The notes below the pieces were generated by a model. The model saw only the letters and a list, made by a program, of their open reading frames with translations, was not told where the DNA came from and searched no databases. Shown piece after piece: positions 1-13,309 of a stretch of DNA of 64,000 nucleotides. The stretch is from Eledone cirrhosa (Eukaryota): assembly GCA_964016885.1 (NCBI GenBank), contig OZ024742.1, positions 81,778,001-81,842,000 of the forward strand, read 5' to 3'. Within the stretch, counting starts at the first letter, position 1. Every line of letters starts with the position of its first letter. Both the position numbers and the translations under genes were made by a program.

Positions 1-3
1 ATT

Positions 4-120
4 AGGTAACAATTGTTTCTATAGTGTATGGGTTACCTATACCTCGCTATTTGAATAATATAAAAATATTATCTTAAACCGAAGGTACACTGTAAGCAAA
101 CACACCATGACGTCAGACCT
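4..120 (-). ncRNA. Degenerate type-I hammerhead ribozyme, long stem II (end of PLE-type insert 1-465)
   Basis: Minus strand: aggt CTGACGT catggtgtgt...atacactata GAAA caattg TT acct. Stem I aggt/acct, stem II pairs, palindromic stem III; core A9 is mutated. Confidence 0.55.
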
Positions 121-466
121 TTGTATTGGAATGATATGAAAATATTTTATACACTAGATAAAAGAGAAAGAAGGAGGTAGGAAGAGAAGGGGAAGAGGGA
201 AGTGAGTAAGGTGGAGGGAGTCCTAGGATTTAAGACTGTCAGACTAGTAGAGATTGTAAGGAGAGAATGTTTTGGCAGCAGTTAGCTTAATGAGGCGTGT
301 TAGGGTTGGCGGGGGAAGTAAATTCTTCTAGTGGTGTTGTTCGGACAAAATTTAGTTAAAGGGGTCAAAGTGGTACAGAGCTACAGACAAGTTATTGGGG
401 CTATTATAGTAGCAGGTTATTTCTAAAGGGGTCCAGAAAACAGTGTTTAGTACTATTATTATTTAA

Positions 467-663
467 ATATATATATATATTTATTTGGTTCCTTTACCGG
501 TTTCGCAGTTCTTCTGCTTTTCAAAACTAGAGTTGAGATGGAGGGTCAGAGGTTTTTCTCAAATCTGATGTGAGAAAAATGACAGACACTCCATCTCAAA
601 TCTACTTTTGAAAAGCAGAAGAACTTTGAAACCGGTAAAGGAACCAAATAAATATATATATAT
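467..663. repeat. Fold-back insert (~75 bp arms) with a U3-A8 hammerhead in each arm (492-527 minus, 605-640 plus)
   Basis: 467-543 is the reverse complement of 588-663. Motif ctt TTGAAAA gcag aagaa ctgc GAAA ccgg TA aag (right arm has cttt in stem II). A related tail recurs at ~45315-45390. Confidence 0.75.
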
Positions 664-697
664 TCTTTTTAATTTAGACTCCAGTTGCATTTTCGAT

Positions 698-913
698 GTT
701 ACTTAAATATAAGTATGCATACGTACATACATATATGTATACAGACATACAGTAATATGTATATATATACATACATGCACATATATATCGTTCCTTTGTC
801 AGTGTTGAACAAAAGGGCAACGATGCTTGCTCAACACTGTACAGCTTTATTCGGGATGTTTGTTATACATATTACTGTATGTCTGTATACATATATGTAT
901 GTACGTATACATA

Positions 914-916
<3 letters not shown>
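698..916. mobile_element. Rearranged (partly inverted) copy of the 420-bp HHR repeat family
   Basis: 698-790 is the reverse complement of 14540-14638-type sequence; 789-916 matches 14419-14630-type sequence with deletions. Confidence 0.6.
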
Positions 917-987
<71 letters not shown>

Positions 988-1011
988 CATATATTTGTGT
1001 ATTTATGTATG

Positions 1012-1049
<38 letters not shown>

Positions 1050-1099
1050 ACCAGATTTACCCGGCGTTGCCCAGAGTTTGAAATTATGTTAAGAATATA

Positions 1100-1764
1100 C
1101 AGATAGGAAGTAAAAGAGGAACAATATTATTTGTCCTCAACCTGTCATAATAAGCAGAAGTCTTCAATAATTAATGCAAACGAATATTTAGTGCAATCTT
1201 TGTACATAATATTATGCTGATAATGAAGGAAAATTTTGTTTTAACTGATTTTATCATTGTAATAATAGTCTTTTTTTAATAAATTCACAATATCCTGGAA
1301 GCATAGATAACGCCTGCCTCAAATGTGGACGAAATTACTTTAAAAATGTAAAAGTAGTAGGTCCAAACCGTTTGAATGGAAAGTCCTATAAGGATTGTTT
1401 TTAGATTGATTTCTCACTTACAGCATACACTTTAGAAAAAACAATCTTCTTGTATTGCCTCGACGGCATAAGCAATTTCTGCCTCACATTTGGTAAAAAA
1501 CACTCGAAAAATGTAAAAGTAATTGGAACTTTTAATTTGCATGGAAAATCCCATAAGGATGTTGTCGTCACTGTTATCTCCTTTACATCATGCACTTCAG
1601 AAAAAATAATTTTGCTATCAATTTTTTATTGCTCAACGTGGGTCGATTTGAAAAATGTTTGTGATGTGACGATCTTAGCGACAGCAGGTGCAAGGTGCAG
1701 AGAAAGTTTGGTCAAATTCGGTTGCGAATTGTAAAAGCCTTAGCTGTCCAAAATGTTCCACTCA

Positions 1765-1837
<73 letters not shown>

Positions 1838-1841
1838 ACAT

Positions 1842-1897
<56 letters not shown>

Positions 1898-2312
1898 CCT
1901 CGTTTTTATATATATATAGATATATATATATGTTTCTCTGCTAGTTCTTTATATTTATATATTTATATACGTATTTATTTATTTTTGTTTTTGTTAATTT
2001 GCAAATCTGCTCATCTCACTGCTTATCTAGATGACTTTATCCATGCGTGTGTGGTGTGTTTTGTATGTGTATTTATGTACGTATGTGGATATATGGTTTC
2101 ATGTCCATACGTGTTTGTTGCAAGTTTGTATCCATATGTGTGTGTGTGTGTGCATGCATGTGTAAGCGTATGTAAGCGTATATGAATGTATGTTTATACG
2201 TGCGTGTATATACATATATTATATGTATGTTTATATGTATATATATATGTGTATGTGCATTTGTATATGTTTGTATGTATATGTGTATATATATATATAT
2301 ATACAAACATAT

Positions 2313-2351
<39 letters not shown>

Positions 2352-3400
2352 TGTATATGTATATACGTATATTTTCGCCTACTTTTGTGTATGTGTATGC
2401 ATGTGTACGTGTATGTGCGCATGTGTGATCGTTAGAACTCAGGTATATATGTGTGTTTGTATTTGCGTGTAGACACACATATACTTATGAGGTTACGTAT
2501 GTGCGTGATTTTGTGTTTATATATGCGTTTGAATTTCCCGGTTAAATTTTTGTACGTTATTTTATTTCAGCCTCGCTTTCTTTTATCCTAGACTCTATTT
2601 TGAAATCCATACCTCACTTCAATTTCAATAAAATTCATTTCTTTCTGACTAATGAAGGCAGATGTATGTGCCAAGCTCGTCTGTCTTCGTGAAACCTTTG
2701 GTAGACGAAATAATTATCTGATGTTGTTTATTACATAGCTAAAAAGCTCTGTAGCCTACATCGAGCACTCTGTTTTCCTTTACCTTTCCTATGGAAATAC
2801 TTCAATTATATATATATAAATAGGAAAGTAAATAATTATAGGTGAAGAAGGTATATATCTCAAAAATAAGGGATATTTTACTTACTCAAGGCTACATACA
2901 ATTTCATAGAAAAGTATGAAATCCTACTATAAACGATTTTGAATCCACGTAGAACAATGAATACATTGAGAAATATGCCAAACATTCCCAACTATATCCT
3001 ATTTTAATTCACGAGCGGTTCATCCTTAATAGTAAGAACTCAATGTTAGGAATTGTCAGAATTACATAACATATTTACCTTAAATATGACAGTATGTACA
3101 AAACATATAACATACCGGTGTGTTCTTTTTACATATAAAAACAGTCGTTGCATCATACAGTATGTTGAGCTTTTAATCAGGAGATTTGGAAGAGAGCTGG
3201 CAAAAACTTGATACTTATTCGATTAGGAAACTTAATAAAACTTTGGAACAAATAATGTTGGTGATATTTTAACAGAATCTATATAATGTCGGACGTAATA
3301 TTATATTGATATATCTTCAAAACATAATATCAGAATCATGGAAGTGGTGGTGGGGGCGTTGTTGATTTTAAATAAAAATTATTATGTATTGTAATGCATA
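1100..3400 (+). pseudogene. Decayed TLR-like remnant A (LRR-CT-like 1230-1600; TIR-like 2900-3350), split by insert 1770-2820
   Basis: 3001: ILIHERFILNSKNSMLGIVRI (cf. TIR box 2 LCxHxRDFxxG..I); 3181: EIWKRAGKNLILIRLG; ~1360: GPNRLNGKSYKD (cf. LRR-CT CxxPxxLxGKxLxD). Many stops and frameshifts. Confidence 0.35.
2637..2711 (+). ncRNA. Type-I hammerhead, core G8 mutated, at 3' end of non-coding insert ~1900-2810
   Basis: atttcttt CTGACTA atgaaggcagatg..cgtctgtcttcgt GAAA cc-ttt-gg TA gacgaaat; 13-bp stem II including GU pairs. Confidence 0.6.
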
Positions 3401-4559
3401 AGCGTATTTAATTATTACGTATTAAACTTTTATCATTATATAAGCCTAGGTCTGTGAATTTGCCCGATTCTCATATAGATGTGGATATATGCGAAAAGCA
3501 TTTAATTATGAAAAGCATTTAATTAAATGACAAACTCTGTGAAATGAAAGGAAACAATCAACTGAAATAATTATTTTAATCCCTGGATGTTATGAATGGT
3601 TACAAAAACCTTTCGGTTCTGGTGATTTCGGCATGTATAATGACAAAATACCTGCTACAGAATGTACATTATGTCGTAACATCAATGCTACATCGCATGG
3701 ATAGTGAAATATATACTGAAATAAATCTTCTGTGATTTCCAATCGAAAGCTGACGAAGAAAACATCCCGCAGTGGAAGCTGTATTTTGAATATAATATAC
3801 TGGCCGACGAATTAAAAGTTTGCACTTAATTATTGCTATACTTTTTTCATTCTACATTCATTAAATATACTGCCAGTGTTTTACATAATATATAATATAC
3901 AAATATGTTCACAGGAAAGGAACACAATTTTATTTTCATTAAATAAATAAATTAAAAAAATATATTTCCGTTATCATTTTTAAAAATTGCATTGTAAGCC
4001 AACGTGAATGAATATTGTGCTGTTTAATTAAAAAACACCAACAAATCCACGTTTGCCCACTTAATTTCCGGAAGCGCTAAAATATATATACATATTTTCT
4101 TATTTTATGAATCGTATATTACATAATTTAGATTTTTAATATATCTTCTATAATATATTTGTTCATCAACCTATCATTCGTCTACCAGTTTAGATGATCA
4201 ACATGTTGAAATGTATGGTTTCTTATATGAAGTAGGTAAGACGTACTTACAAGAAATATAGCTGTAAAAATGTCACCCAAAAATGATGTTATACAGTAAT
4301 ATATCGAAAGTGTATTCTTGCAATTATAAAGTGTTTAGTCGTTTCAGCAGAATTAATTCTGTAAATGACTTACTATGAAACTTATTCATATACTGTATAA
4401 TGTTCCTTTATTATTGAGGCGAAAGCCGATAGTTCCACCTCGGTCGTAGTTTCAATTGTTAAATATTTTGGTGTAACACCTGTAAGAATGTTTGTGTTAC
4501 TTCAGGTTACTAAGTTATTTATGTTTGCAGAATATATCATTTTTCTTACTGCAACATTA

Positions 4560-5600
4560 AGAGTTTTCTGTGCCACAGGACCTTATTTTCTAAATTGAAC
4601 ATAAAAGTAAGATTGAAATACTAACATATCATATTCCTTAACATTTTCTCTGGAAATACGAAACATCGATCTAAAGCCAGATCAACAAATTAACAACATG
4701 AACAGTACTGCACTTACAATTTCCCATACAATTGTAACTACTTAAATATTATAATCTTCTTACTAATGGACGGTTCCTTTTCATATATTAAAAACATATC
4801 ATCTGTTAGCTTCTGGGGAAACGCTTTCTCCATTCAGTCCGCCGGGGCTGTGGGGAGACAAGCCGATTATATTACGAATTCTGTTGAATAGTCTTAAATA
4901 AGAGTGACAATGACTTTGCTTGACGTACTGTGACAGGTAAACTACATTAATGATTTCTAGAAAAGGGGATTAATAGAGGACGTTTGTAGACACTTACATA
5001 CATATATAATTTGGCATTAATAATATAATGGTTGGATAGGCTCTCACTTACTTGATAGTCCCTGACAATTACCAGTTAATTATTTCTTAATATGATCCTG
5101 TTACATTTATTTCCTTCTCTGATTTCGATTCTTCAGTGTATTTTCTTCCAATTAAGGTAATATTTGCCCAATTCTCTATTCTTAACATATAACATATGAT
5201 TAATAATTGTATAATGAAATATATAAACGTTTTCCCAGGAATCCCAATTAGGAGCTAATGTAAATGTGTCACAGCATGGTATATAGATAATATATGAGGA
5301 AATATTTGAAAGACGTTAAATATTTCCAGTTATATCCAGCAGGACATTTATATACACCTGCGTTATCTCCTCTCATCTGTTCTCCATCTTCTTTCTTATT
5401 TCTTTTTTACTATCTCCCAAGAGACTTTGATCAGATTCTATCGAATCATTTCTTTATAAAATGAGGAAAGGTTTACTAACAATTTTTGCTTGCATCCTTA
5501 TGATTATGTCAATAATTTTTATTCACTTATTTGCACAACTAAGTTTGCTGAAGTGTTTAGCAAATATTTACACTCATATTTAATAATGTTGTGTTTTTTT
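4560..5600 (+). pseudogene. Decayed LRR ectodomain, TLR-like remnant B (N-terminal part)
   Basis: 4647: SLEIRNIDLKPDQQINNMNSTA; 4741: LKYYNLL; 4766: MDGSFSYIKNISSVSFWGNAFSIQ; ~5524: HLFAQLSLLKCL. These fit LxxLxLxxNxI / FxxLxxLxxL. Confidence 0.5.
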
Positions 5601-7815
5601 TTTGGCAAATGATTTTAAATATTTTCTTTAGAGTTGTCTAAGCTTTAATTAATTACACGAACATACTTATATTAGAAAATAATCTTCATCAAACTGTTAA
5701 AAATATGTTTATCAAATTTTTCTAATATTACTCAAAATTTTCTAGAATATGGTTCAAGATTTTCTTTGAAATATCATCAAAATACTTTCGAAAAAATTTC
5801 ACACAAAATTCACTCAAACATTTTTATTAAATTTAATTTCGAAAATATTACTCACAATTTTTAAACCAGGCAGATTTATGAAGAACATTGAGATAAAAAT
5901 TAAGTAACTCATACATGATTTTTTCCAAGCAATTTGCAGTATCATTTTGAATTTCAGAGGATATGTGAAAATAATGTTCATATAATTCACAAATGATGGC
6001 TGCGAAATAATTGTGATAACTTTTAAAATGCTGGCTAAAATATATACAAACCTATTTATTAGATGTTTTTTATGTACATTTTGATGAAGAATTTTGAAAG
6101 AATTGCAGCAACGTTCGCACCGGAAATTCATATGTATGTTATTTCAAAATGATTACAAGTTACATTCGCATATTCTGAACAGTCGTTTTATACCCTCTTC
6201 GCCGCCCGCGCTCACAATGATACGCGGTACCACCTACACATCCATCATCAAAACATACAAATTATCTCCAATAACCTCACCCGAAGCGATCACCGAAAAT
6301 TATTTTAAACTGTTTCCTTTCCAACGTATATTTGAAAAATAATATACAATAAAACAAGATAGATTGAACCAACAGACACCTAGATTTGAATACTAAATGA
6401 AAGTGAATGTGTGTAATTGTCCCAATTTTTTTAGCAAATAATCAATGTTTATAATATTTTTAAATATTTTACAAAAATGTACATATTTTTCTAAAAAATT
6501 TCACAGCAATTATGTCACAATTTTTGAAAACATTTTCTTGAAATTTTATAAAGATATTTTCTAATAAATTTCAGCAAAATTTCCCACACATTTTCTTCGA
6601 GATATATTCTGATTACGTTTGAAAATTTTTCTCAAACTTTCTCCACAAGGATTCCCTCAAAAGTTCCTACAATTGTCTATAATTATTATGAATATTCTAA
6701 CAAATATTTTCTCAAATGTGTTTCAATTGTTATCGAGAATTTTATCATAATCTTAAAATAATATTCTTCTGAAATTTTACTCAAATTAATTCTAAAAGAC
6801 ATTCTCCATATTTCAATGGAATAAAACCAGATTGATTTCATGATAAGGCGTAAGAGATACGGCAGATGATTACTTTTGAAATCTATCATATAAAAAAGAA
6901 TCCTAACAGCGATGAATTCATCTCCAAGCTACCCACCACTCGTCTATATAACTATATAATATGTAACCTATACAACACCTAAGATTGCCAAGATACCTAT
7001 CTCTGTATGTGTCTATTCACTGGTCTCACACATCCTCCATCTCTTCTTTCTTTTTATATAAAAGTCGCTCTCTAAATCTTTATCTCTATATCTATTTATA
7101 CATTTCTATATCTATATATTTCTCCTTAAATTGATTGTAAATTCCTGAGCTCCCCCTTCTAGTGGATTGACATTCCAGCCCGTTAACACTCATCCGAATT
7201 AAATACAGGCTCCTACCCATCATGTCTCCATTTGATTTTGGTCATTTGATCTATAGAATCCCATTCATCCCTTAACTGCAATTACTTTTATTTTATTTTC
7301 ATCCTTCCTCAACACTTATCTGCCATGTATTAGGCCTCATTCGTCCTCCAATCATTCATACATTCCACAGCCTCCAATATAAAACATCTCAAATAAAGAT
7401 TATTATAAACAACCCCCTTCAAAATATCATATGTCCCCCTACACCATCCTGCACTTCCTAGACAGCCTCTTCCACTAAAGATATTGCCCATCACTGCCAC
7501 GCAAGTCACAAGAACATCTAGACTTCCACTTCCAATCCCTTTGTTACACAGCTTGAACATCACTTTAACCCTATTCATGAGAACCTCTAATCCTTTCTTC
7601 TCCAATTAACAGAGTTTTAATATTCCCGACCAACAGACAATGTTCTAGTATATCTGAAAAAACTTATCTACCAATATATAACACACATATCGATAGAATA
7701 TAACAATAATAAATTACACAAGTACGTGTAGTTTTATTGGCAGTATGGCACTCCCAAATTATAACTATATAAGTATATATACAAATTGCAGGTATCATAA
7801 CATATCAATCATCTA

Positions 7816-7878
<63 letters not shown>

Positions 7879-7982
7879 TATTGAAATTTCCGTTGGAAAC
7901 AGAAAAGGTCATAGAAATGAAGAGTGATCTATGTAAGTATCAGAGCAACATTTAATGTATAAAAATCAATACAATATAATTA

Positions 7983-8052
7983 CCTCATTACCAGAGGTTT
8001 CCCGAATGAGGCGTATACGAAATAAACGACTTCATTCGTTCGTCAGACGAGG
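7983..8052 (-). ncRNA. Type-I hammerhead ribozyme with canonical core, in insert 7877-8160
   Basis: cctcgt CTGACGA acgaatga...tcattcgg GAAA cc-tct-gg TA atgagg; all three stems pair; GUA cleavage triplet. Confidence 0.8.
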
Positions 8053-8308
8053 CAATATAAAACATGGGCAAATACTTAGAAAAACACATCAAGAAAATCA
8101 AAAAAAGATATAGTTAAATGAAATAGAAATTGAAATATATAAAAATCTATCAAGAAAATTATATATATATATATATATATATTAGGGTAAACATTGATGC
8201 AATTCAATTCAAGCACTCAACGTACTTTTTCCACATAGGAGTGACGGAGTAAATAACGAATAAGTAAAAGCGAAGTAGTTTCAGATGTTCAAGTCCTTTA
8301 ATAATAAT

Positions 8309-8382
8309 GCTGTGATATATATTTCAATGACGACACTGGCCACACTGTTCTGTGTGCGAGTGTCGTGGCATCATCAGACAGC
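8309..8382 (-). ncRNA. Type-I minimal hammerhead, copy 1
   Basis: gctgt CTGATGA tgccacgacac...gtgtcgtcatt GAAA tatata TC acagc. Confidence 0.8.
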
Positions 8383-9582
8383 TTGTTATATAATAAGGTT
8401 GTTTCCGAGGCAATCCAAATTGAATCGACATGGAAACGGATCAAGTTCGTGCTTTTGGGTTTTTCATCCGTTCCCTTGTGAGTACCAATTCACCCCACCG
8501 GTCTGCGCAAGCGCATGTCCGAAGGAAGTTGACCATTAGCACCGCAGATTTCAACGATATTCGCTGTCAGTGGCCCACCTATGCCTTGCCAAAGTTTACT
8601 GCTACCCATCGCTACTGTGGCAGTCAGCCGAAAGCCAGAGGGGATGGGAGGGCGTTAGTTTTTATAGGTCATAATACTACCTTTCATTAAGCGTTGACAG
8701 TAAGACTGACCATCAACTCATAAGGGAAAATAAACTTAATTCTAGGTACTATGGTTTTACATAGTAAGTTAAGAGTGAGAGTTGGGAATAAAAATTAAAA
8801 TTAAAAGTTAAAATCATAAATCAAATATCAGAGATTATAAATTAAACAATAAACAATTCAAAAATTCTTAATTCAAACATTTTTTTCAAGTGATAATTCG
8901 GATTAAGTAAAGATATAGATTGAAGTGAGTAAATAATATGGAGAGAGATGTTTAAGTAATATGTTCTGGGAGGGATTCTAGTGTTACAGATATTGAACAG
9001 CAGTGCCATACATTATAACGGAGGGCAAACCACATGTTTCAAGGCATTAGTCAATCTGCTACACGGTCATACTTTCCATCACATGGAACAGAGTCAAAGA
9101 AAAACAGACATAAAGTACACAAAAGAAAAGAAAAGAACAGAGACAATAGAGAATAAATGCAAAAACACAGAGTACATATATGTAAAATGATCCATATGAT
9201 TGTCCATCTGTCCATGTATAGAGTGAATTGAGGGGGCCTCTGTTCAAAAGCGATTTGGTGCAGAAAAATAGGGGTTTATCTTATTTTTTGTTTCTGCGTC
9301 ATTATCCTGCCGAAAGATACTATTACGCCCGTCCAGTGTCAGGGGATTTTCATCCCCATGGTAGAGGGGATTTCCGGGGTAGCTCTTGGTTGGTTCCTCT
9401 CTTCTCTATCATATCGGTTACATCATAGAGCGCTCAACTAATCGGAGCTTAATTATTAGGGTAAATATTGATGAAATTCAATTCAAGCACTCAACGTACT
9501 TTTTCCACATAGGAGTGACGGAGTAAATATCGAATAAGTAAAAGCGAAGTAGTTTCAGATGTTTAAGTCTTTTAATAATAAT

Positions 9583-9656
9583 GCTGTGATATATATTTCA
9601 ATGACGACACTGGCCACACTGTTCTGTGTGCGAGTGTCGTGACATCATCAGACAGC
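9583..9656 (-). ncRNA. Type-I minimal hammerhead, copy 2
   Basis: Same motif as 8309-8382, 1274 nt away. Confidence 0.8.
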
Positions 9657-10364
9657 TTGTTACATAATAGGGTGTTTCCGAGGCAATCCAAATTGAATCG
9701 ACATGGGAACGGATGAAGTTCGTGCTTTTGGGTTTTTCATCCGTTCCCTTGTGAGTACCAATTCACCCCACCGGTCTGCGCAAGCGCGTGTCCGAAGGAA
9801 GTTGACCATCAGCACCGCAGATTTCAACGAAATTCGCTGTCAGTGTCCCACCTATGCCTTGCCAAAGTTTACTGATACCCATGGCTACTGTGGCAGTCAG
9901 CCGAAAGCCAGAGGGGATGGGAGGGTATTAGTTTTTATAGGTCATAATACTACCTTTCACTAAGCGTTGACAGTAAGACTGACCATCAACTCATAAGGGA
10001 AAATAAACTTAATTCTAGGTACTATGGTTTTACATAGTAAGCTAAGAGTGAGAGTTGGGAATAAAAAGGAAAATTAAAAGTTAAAATCCTAAATCAAATA
10101 TCAGAGATTATAAATTAAACAATAAAGAATTCAAAAATTCTGAATTCAAAGATGTTTTTCAAGTGATAATTCGGATTAAGTAAAGATATAGATTGAAGTG
10201 AGTAAATAATATGGAGAGAGATGTTTAAGTAATATGTTCTGGGAGAATTCTAGTGTTACAGATATTGAACGGCAGTGCCGTACATTATAACGGAGGACAA
10301 ACCACATGGTTCAAGGCATTAGTCAATCTGCTACACGGTCATACTTTCCATCACACGGAACAGA

Positions 10365-10438
10365 GCTGTCTGATGATGTGACGACACTCGCACACAGAAC
10401 AGTGTGGCCCATGTCGTCATTGAAATATATATCACAGC
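10365..10438 (+). ncRNA. Type-I minimal hammerhead, inverted copy 3
   Basis: gctgt CTGATGA tgtgacgaca...tgtcgtcatt GAAA tatata TC acagc. Confidence 0.8.
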
Positions 10439-10484
10439 ATTATTATTAAAGTACCTGAACATCTGAAACTACTTCGCTTTTACG

Positions 10485-10579
<95 letters not shown>

Positions 10580-10582
<3 letters not shown>

Positions 10583-11325
10583 TACTAGGAAGAGGATCAG
10601 GGGTGTATAACACTCCACTTATCCAGCAGGCAGTATAAGGTTAGCTCGATGTCTGAGGACAGAGCCGTGATATAATAAATAACAAAGAACGCCTATAGCA
10701 TATGCATATCTTTACTTGCTAACATTGTTTCATCCGCACTATAAGTGGGACTCATCAGAGCATAAAGGTTAATTACATACCATACAAGCAATAACAAATC
10801 CAAGACATTGAAGAATGAAAAATAATAGAAGATAAAGGATATTAAGGAAGTAAAAGTATAAAAATAAAAATAAAAATAAAAATAAAATAATAAAATAAAC
10901 AATGAAAAATAAGGGGTGCTATCAGTCACAGTTGGGCGGGGTGCTGTCAACATATAGTTACATACAAGCATACACATGGATAAGAGAACAGACAAGAGTA
11001 GATAAGATAGATAGGATTAGGTAAGAGTAGGTAAAAAATAGGTGAAAAACAGACTTATAATATATATAAGAAAATATAAAGAAATATATAACAAACTTAC
11101 ATATAAAATATAAAATATACAGATAATAGTGATACAGGGTAAGGAATGAAATAAAATAATATAAAATTAAAATTAAAATCATATAAAATAGAACATAATA
11201 TAATATAATCATAAAATAAGATAAAATAAGGTAAACTAAAATAAAATAAAATAGACTACAGTAAAATAATATAATATAAGATATAATTAAATGTAATTAA
11301 ATAAATAAATAAATAAATAAATAAG

Positions 11326-11356
<31 letters not shown>

Positions 11357-12270
11357 ATGAAATTAAATAAGTAAATAAATAAAATTAGATAAAATGAAAT
11401 GAAATAAAATAAAATAAAATGAAATAAAGTAAATTGAGATAAGATATATATTTTTTTAGAATATATCTCTTGAATATATCAGGGGCCCACGAAGGCACTA
11501 AGTGTCACAGTTATCTGTATCACTTGACCATTTTTTTTACAATATATTTCTTGAAAATATCAGGGGCCCACGAAGGCACTAAGTGTCACAGTCAGCAGTA
11601 TCACTTGACCATTGCAAGGCAATGGAGGCGTCCCAGGTTGGGCAGTCTCAAAAGTTCACTCGAAAATCACGGGTGTGCATTCACACAGTTGAGCGGTGGG
11701 GTAATCACAAACAGGTTCACACCCGGGCAGGAGTCCAATGGTCAAACAGAGGTGCATCGAAGGAAGGTAGGAGAATTCACGTGCAGTAGCAAGCGAGGTG
11801 CAGGCGGGTTAGCCAAAGCAAGCAGACACAGTTGGAGCGCATACAAAAGATATATAAAAAGACAAAAGATATATAAAAAAATAGCTTCAAGAGCCATGAA
11901 GTCACCGCATTGGGACATCACAAGATTGTACACATCAATATGTTCAGCACGTATATGCACATATACACACCACATGCATATACAGAGACGGTATATATAT
12001 ATATATATATATTTTTTTATATACAGACATATACAACCACCTACACCCATACACATATAAATGTATACACAGACACACACGCACACACACACAGCGTAGG
12101 ACACCCGGGTCAAAGCTGATATTAAACACCGAAATACCACATTAGGCAAGACCCACCACCACGGATAATACATTCAAAATAAATACATACGATGAGATGT
12201 AGTAAAATAAAGTTGAATTCCTACGGAGATAATCATGTCCGCACGTGCCATTGCCCGATTCAAGTGTACA
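10580..12270 (-). mobile_element. Non-coding insert(s) with hammerhead at 10717-10762
   Basis: Minus: tgct CTGATGA gtcccac ttata gtgcggat GAAA caatg TT agca. Also a long A-rich (TAAAA)n tract and a local duplication 11470-11532/11551-11612; begins at (TA)n. Confidence 0.6.
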
Positions 12271-12669
12271 CATATATATATATATATGCTTCTCAATGAA
12301 AAAACTCAATTGACATTTATCGAGAGCATCAATTATTCAAATTTAAATTATACACACACGCACACACACATTTATATATATATATGTTTACATACGATAA
12401 ATTATTTAAAAAAACATAAAATTATATATTAAATATTTTACTCAACACGGAAAGGTGGAGGAAGATTAATTTCAGAGAATATCAAAAACTAGCATCATGT
12501 ATATAGAGGGAGGGGGCAATACAATAAAAAAATCTATTCATTTAACTAATATGTGGAGCCATTAATTGTTGGTCTATGTATATGTACAAACCTCTACTTT
12601 TTTTGTTTCTCAACATGATTTTTGAAAAATACATTATTTTCTCTTTAAATTTGTATATATGTGTATGTA

Positions 12670-12824
<155 letters not shown>

Positions 12825-12860
12825 GTTGTTCCCCCATATGTATATATATATATATATATG

Positions 12861-13184
12861 TAGAGAAAATTGAGGTTGGTAATGGCACATGGAATATATA
12901 AGAGACAGAATACTTTTTTGTGAAAAAACATATAATTTTATAAAGTAAGGAAATAATAAAGGGTATAAAAAGTGACCGGTTTCGATGGGTCTGCAAAAAC
13001 CATCTTTTCAAATGTTAATTAATATTAAGAAAATTAATAATAAGAAGAGTTTATTATTTCCTTACCTTATAAAATTATATGTTTTTTCACAAAAAAGTAT
13101 TCTGTCTCTTATATATTCCATGTGCCATTACCAACCTCAATTTTCTCTATAACCTTCGTTTTGTGTAGAAACTTACACTTTTCA
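12861..13184. repeat. Fold-back insert (~100 bp arms) with U3-A8 HHR-like motif in the loop (12971-13015 minus)
   Basis: 12861-12960 is the reverse complement of 13049-13149. Minus: TTGAAAA gatgg...ccatc GAAA ccgg TC; stem I is degenerate. Confidence 0.7.
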
Positions 13185-13309
13185 TATATATATGTATATA
13201 TATATATGTATGTATATATATATGTATGTAAAAGTAAACAGAAATAAAAACACAATCCGTACAGGAAGGTATATATTAGGTTAATGTTATATATATATAT
13301 ATAATAGCT

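Larger units (their letters stand above)
8181..10490 (-). mobile_element. Non-coding HHR retroelement (PLE pLTR/retrozyme-like): ~910-bp direct repeats plus inverted terminal segment
   Basis: 8181-9093 matches 9455-10364 (period 1274); 10363-10489 is an inverted copy of the HHR region; flanked by (TA)n and (CT)n(TA)n; no recognisable ORF. Confidence 0.8.

Noticed and set aside
3600-3640. Kinase glycine loop (PFGSGDFG)
   Set aside because: No downstream VAIK/HRD/DFG motifs; probably chance or part of the decayed LRR region.
5600-7740. AT-rich quasi-repetitive tract and possible LINE tail
   Set aside because: Could not define a unit, termini or protein motif by eye.
8285-9963. Duplicated 86-aa ORF (8430-8690, 9703-9963) as a conserved small protein
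   Set aside because: It lies within the near-identical direct repeats, so conservation is trivial; no recognisable motif.
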